This document shows positions 43,801 to 46,895 of a DNA stretch of 46,895 nt, piece by piece. The stretch is from a virus (Duplodnaviria; Caudoviricetes), in the IMG/VR virus record IMGVR_UViG_3300043707_000079, positions 1-46,895 of that record; one strand, 5' to 3'. Positions within the stretch are counted from its first letter, which is position 1; the number at the start of each line of letters is the position of its first letter. The notes beneath the pieces are model-generated. The model was not told the DNA's origin. It saw only the letters and a program-made list of their open reading frames with translations, and ran no database searches. Both the position numbers and the translations under genes were made by a program.

Positions 43801-44820
43801 CTGAAAGGGCTCGCCGGTTGCGGCGCCGTGTTCCGGCTGCTGAGAGATCGAGGCTATCCCCCAGACGTTCGTGCCTGTCGAAGTACCAGAGCAGTTGGGC
43901 GCGGCGCCCGGGCCTACCTGCGAAATCCTGTCCCAGTTCGTCCCGTGGCGCGGGATATTGGTTCCTTTCTTCAAATCGGAAAACGCTATCCACTCTTCGT
44001 TAGAGCTCGTGTGCGAGAAAGCGAACTGGTTGGGGTAGATGGTCTCAAGCTGCGGCACGAGCACCCCGGGATTCGCGTCCACGTCCTCTTCCCAGACCGT
44101 GCCCGCCGAGTCGAGCACAAAGGTATGTACATGCTGATCGTCCTCGATGAAAGTCTTCACCCAGTCGATATTGTCGGCGCCCTGCGCGTGGTAGACCTTG
44201 ACCGTGATCCCGAGCACAAAGAGGCTTACCGTCTGCCCGGGCGAGATGCCGTAGAGCTGGACGCCAAAGGTAAGCTGGTTGATGTGCTCGACCGCAATCG
44301 GAGACGACCAGGTGTCATTCGGGCCGCCGAGCGTAACGGTTGAATCGTTCCCCTGGAAGAAGAATGTCTTCGCTATGCCGACGCCGCGGCCATCCGTTGT
44401 CAGCGTCAGCTCGAGCACGCACTCCGGGCTCACGGCGCCCTCGAAGTGGCCGGTGATGGCTACCTCGATTCCGGTGACCGAGGTCGGGTCGAGAACGAAG
44501 CCGAAGGTGTTCCACCAGATAATCGGCGACTGCCCGTTCAGCCACTGTACGGCGTCGTATCCGGGCGCCGGGATGTTTCCCCAGTTGACGTTATTGACGA
44601 GAATCGTTCCCGAATCGCCCGCGATATTGGGGCCGGCGGCCAAGTCCTGAAACGAATAGACGTTGGTCAGACCGCCGCGGGTGTGCACCTGCCCTATGTC
44701 GTAGTCGCAGTCCCAGTTAAGCGGAGAGGCGCCCTCGGGCAAGTCGGAAGGCGCGACCTCGGTCGAGAGCCCCCCGAACATGTTGAGCGTGATGTCGGCG
44801 GATTGGCGGTTGTTGTTCAA
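40843..44820 (-). CDS. Putative tail nozzle / stabilisation protein with inserted beta domains
   Basis: 1325 aa; N-terminal FGGLST..PSDLPEGAS; propeller-like C-terminal half (VGT, PIKISQEIQNVW). Confidence 0.65.
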   Translation of the reverse strand: MNNNRQSADITLNMFGGLSTEVAPSDLPEGASPLNWDCDYDIGQVHTRGGLTNVYSFQDLAAGPNIAGDSGTILVNNVNWGNIPAPGYDAVQWLNGQSPIIWWNTFGFVLDPTSVTGIEVAITGHFEGAVSPECVLELTLTTDGRGVGIAKTFFFQGNDSTVTLGGPNDTWSSPIAVEHINQLTFGVQLYGISPGQTVSLFVLGITVKVYHAQGADNIDWVKTFIEDDQHVHTFVLDSAGTVWEEDVDANPGVLVPQLETIYPNQFAFSHTSSNEEWIAFSDLKKGTNIPRHGTNWDRISQVGPGAAPNCSGTSTGTNVWGIASISQQPEHGAATGEPFQDALWSQGPSSEAPGNTLTIFYRPGTVPPGPNPFIVVGQGIYLSGIGGDFTPDLSGTYIVTDAGFATPPGAGSNRWMFTVHTVLTSPQNAHVGHTAAGNYQPTLATLTLTKPATFQAGDQITIQGTGVGSWAGQWTILKAVNGGQYTITGTSLLNGVATYDFTLVNGALPSAGSFVTITGCVNGPFLTTGPSAGSSIFNVTQAPVESATTSSFTVRIPGYADVAAAVENGNAVEMGTVYQFDPGLSKAIEQAAAPSGTSVSAIFPALSGGTDNAPAGGGTVSLTGGLTEGVRQAVCIFETRNGYLTAPSPPVTFGITSNDSSIACQNIPIGPPNVVARIVAFTPSNGGNFFYIPRDVTIPNAGQPLNYSATRIADNVTTSKTFTFTDAVLMAAIGIDIPGNNLFNQIEIGSSMAIVPYAGRNCYLMQNNKVQNLINTTFDGGYNTPGQHHYPAGWTPTSTHNALGGEIRFSPIFGFSYYIVSDGSDPGGGYGAIFQGAYQDAYMVPILRPNTNYSVRIDIRSPSGITTQGGSLILDLVSYNQQGHIYGSANFPLTEMSTEFQTLTLPILVKGSLPLNVPTDLELRLYSDQLPAGADIEIDRFEIYPTDQPQLVTDVMTSYIGNLEAVDGVSGDLGVSIQNNQPVMGAFTQYDLLYFLKTSSMFSTQDSPSDEPADWKIREVSNVVGTAGIHAYDASSATGGGEEWMITACRKGLYIFSGTEPIKISQEIQNVWDAINWAFGHTIVVRNDTAQRRIMVQVPLATPNPWLPDAPLNANPTTPNVMLACSYKELQRASELAERGPVKLSFSGRLIAWDMSRKWSIWQIPSPYSDFVRRPDGNDAYFIGNGRQNSKVYMLDDNALNDDGIPINGLYTTYGMPAPEQAQQFGQMVGMYRKLYKYSSYNISGAGLLKLRALINNLNPAYPYTVPGGVQLTCPVDHNREVPFNLEGQRLYLEFSTNGNADNFGLSEVVLSVVKSAWSPVRGVN

Positions 44821-45494
44821 GCGAGACGGGTACTTACCAGGGTTATAGCCACGTCCGCCATCATCGGGTCGGGCGGGTCTGGCGGCATCATCATCAGCAT
44901 CTGCCCCGGATTAATGACGAAGCCCGGAGTTGTGAAGGTGAAGATGCCGTTCGTGTCAACCGACACTGTGCCGACGGTCGTCTCATTCACCTGCACGGTG
45001 TAGACCCTCGGGGCAATGGGCATGTTCCGGCAGGCCCCGTAACTCGTCGGGTTCACGAAGTTCGGCGGAAAGACAGATTGTGCGAATGCCGTATAGAGCA
45101 TTACTGGCGTACCGGGATTCGGCGCACCAATCGACATCGAAGTTGGGATGCCAAACGTCCAGGGCACCGGACCATCACCTCCTCCCGTGCCTTCGCCGCA
45201 TACGCAGCCTACGGCCTGGTCAGGCAGAACTTTGTACAGCTGGCCGCGCCAGAAGTAGACCTCGGTATAGAAGTCCGACTGGGCGTAATACGCGAAATGC
45301 CCCGTGCCGTCCGCAATCAACGGGAACGGTATCACTCCGTTGCGCCCGTCCGGATCGGACCAGACCTGCGTGAGCGGCGCAGGCGGGATGATCGTCAGGT
45401 TCGCCGGCTGCTCGCAGACATAGAGATGGGCACCGGCCAAAGCATGTCCCATCACGTCCTGAATCACTGCGTCCTTGCGGAAGTAGACGGGCAC
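44817..45494 (-). CDS. Virion protein with tailspike head-binding-like N-domain
   Basis: GHALAGAHLYV...QVWSD...PLIADGTG. Confidence 0.55.
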   Translation of the reverse strand: MPVYFRKDAVIQDVMGHALAGAHLYVCEQPANLTIIPPAPLTQVWSDPDGRNGVIPFPLIADGTGHFAYYAQSDFYTEVYFWRGQLYKVLPDQAVGCVCGEGTGGGDGPVPWTFGIPTSMSIGAPNPGTPVMLYTAFAQSVFPPNFVNPTSYGACRNMPIAPRVYTVQVNETTVGTVSVDTNGIFTFTTPGFVINPGQMLMMMPPDPPDPMMADVAITLVSTRLA

Positions 45495-45497
45495 AGG

Positions 45498-46121
45498 CTA
45501 CTGGTACGAGCGCACAAACTCGGCACGATAGGTTGTGACATCCGCCTGGACGGCGGCGGCAATGGCTCCAGCGGTAAGCTCGACGCCGGCCCCGGTGAGA
45601 ATCTTCACGTTCCCCTGCGAGGGCATTCCGTTCTGGTTCCTGAGCGTCGTCGCCTTCCCCGCGGTCGTAGTGGAGGCAAGGTTGGCCGCAGCTATCGGCG
45701 CCGTGAAGTTCGCAGCCGAGGCGGTCGCGACTATCAGGCGCGAGGTGTTCAGCACCGCGGCGTTTCCGGTGAGCTCGGTCAGTTGCACCTGGTCGCCGAC
45801 CTGGAAGTTGTTCTGGACGGTCACCGTGATTACGCCCGAGGCTACGGCGACAGCGGAAATCAGCGAAAAAGACCGCCACTGGTAGACGTAGGCTCCCGTA
45901 AGCGAGACAATCTGCACCCAGTTCGGCATGACCGGAACGGCTTTTATGGGTTCTAAGGGAACGAAGGCGGCGCGGATGCCGCCGACAACGTAGGTGAAGA
46001 CGAGGGGGCTTGCAGTAGGCGAATCGGGGCCAATCGAGGTGCGCCCGTAGGCGTTCAGGCGGCGCTGGGTATTGTCTATGCCATAGGGAAAGTTCTCAAC
46101 ATTGAATTGCAGTGTAGCCAT
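45498..46121 (-). CDS. Virion structural protein
   Basis: 207 aa, GAGGAGG RBS, ITVTVQNNFQVGDQV beta module. Confidence 0.6.
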   Translation of the reverse strand: MATLQFNVENFPYGIDNTQRRLNAYGRTSIGPDSPTASPLVFTYVVGGIRAAFVPLEPIKAVPVMPNWVQIVSLTGAYVYQWRSFSLISAVAVASGVITVTVQNNFQVGDQVQLTELTGNAAVLNTSRLIVATASAANFTAPIAAANLASTTTAGKATTLRNQNGMPSQGNVKILTGAGVELTAGAIAAAVQADVTTYRAEFVRSYQ

Positions 46122-46130
46122 ATCGCCTCC

Positions 46131-46895
46131 TCAGCGGTAACGGTCTAGTGGGAAGAAATTCAAGCGGACATCTCCGTACGGCTCGGCACGGAAGTCCACT
46201 GTCTGAATCGAGCGCATGTAGCGGTTCTTCAAAAGAAATGTGGCTTCCTTCTGCATGGCGTCGGCCAACTGAACCTGGTCGGCGCCACGTGGGAAGCCGT
46301 AGTCTCTGGCTAGCTTCATGGCCAGCGCCCGTTCGCAGTCCTGGATGGGCACCGAGAGCTGCGCGAGGTCGGTAACCGTATCGTCCACGAGCGGAAGCGC
46401 GGCAATGTAACGGATGCGCACGTCCTTCGGGATCAGGCAGCCCATGCACCAGATTTTCTCTTCGCGCCACTCCCAGAAGGCTAGCGCCGTAGTCTGCTGC
46501 GCGGTCGGGATGCCGAACTGCGCCTCGTACATGGGCTCGAACTCGTTGTTGGTGTTATGCGTGCGCTCCCACATGAAGAGCGGCATGATGAGATCGGGCG
46601 GCAGAAATAAGTTGGGATGAATATGCCGCCCGTCGAAATAACCGGTATAGCTGAAGTAGACCTGGACGCCCGGGTCTGGTATCCCCCAGCCGTGGGCGCC
46701 GTGGACGGGCGGGATGTTATTCAGGATGAAGTTATCGCGTATCACCACACCTGTGCCTGTAGTGTTCCCGAGCTCCTGATAGAGCTCGGCCGTGACCGCG
46801 CGCAGAAACGGGATGGTCATCGGCGCGGAGTCGGTAAAAATCTGGCCCTCACCCGGAGTGCCCGTAGCGCCCTGGAAGGTATCGTTCACAAAGGC
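46131..46895 (-). CDS. 3' part of putative head-tail adaptor (starts at 190 across the junction)
   Basis: Continuous frame; LFLPPDL, VRIRY, ALAMKLA; position upstream of the tail genes. Confidence 0.65.
   Translation of the reverse strand, partial: AFVNDTFQGATGTPGEGQIFTDSAPMTIPFLRAVTAELYQELGNTTGTGVVIRDNFILNNIPPVHGAHGWGIPDPGVQVYFSYTGYFDGRHIHPNLFLPPDLIMPLFMWERTHNTNNEFEPMYEAQFGIPTAQQTTALAFWEWREEKIWCMGCLIPKDVRIRYIAALPLVDDTVTDLAQLSVPIQDCERALAMKLARDYGFPRGADQVQLADAMQKEATFLLKNRYMRSIQTVDFRAEPYGDVRLNFFPLDRYR
46769..46895. repeat. Terminal direct repeat, right copy
   Basis: Identical to 1-127. Confidence 0.97.

Overview
The window is a complete, circularly assembled phage genome of about 46,768 bp; bases 1-127 repeat exactly at 46769-46895, and one gene runs across that junction. 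It looks podovirus-like and possibly temperate. The minus strand carries TerL, portal, scaffold, major capsid protein, a GroES co-chaperonin, adaptor/nozzle, three ejection-type proteins and three fibre-like proteins. A second minus-strand block carries a tyrosine recombinase, a ribbon-helix-helix regulator, a putative ssDNA-annealing protein with YqaJ exonuclease, a replication initiator, VRR-NUC and a C5 methyltransferase. A plus-strand early operon of small genes lies at 16473-21252. The most unusual feature is that operon: nine consecutive intergenic spacers share a two-part module, a long covarying hairpin with a family-specific internal loop followed by an ACC-loop hairpin abutting AGGAG, giving a gene-cassette-like array. 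Fourteen same-strand CCGCCCGG octamers overlay it, and five helically phased CTGTCA-N4-TGACAG palindromes precede it. Other notable points: the three fibre-like genes begin with secretion-type signal peptides, no endolysin is recognisable, four tandem genes share a C-terminal RAAELLR...WLxDAG tag, the recombinase lacks its canonical first Arg, and the beta-clamp homologue has only two domains. All protein calls come from motifs read by eye and from gene order; no database searches were run.
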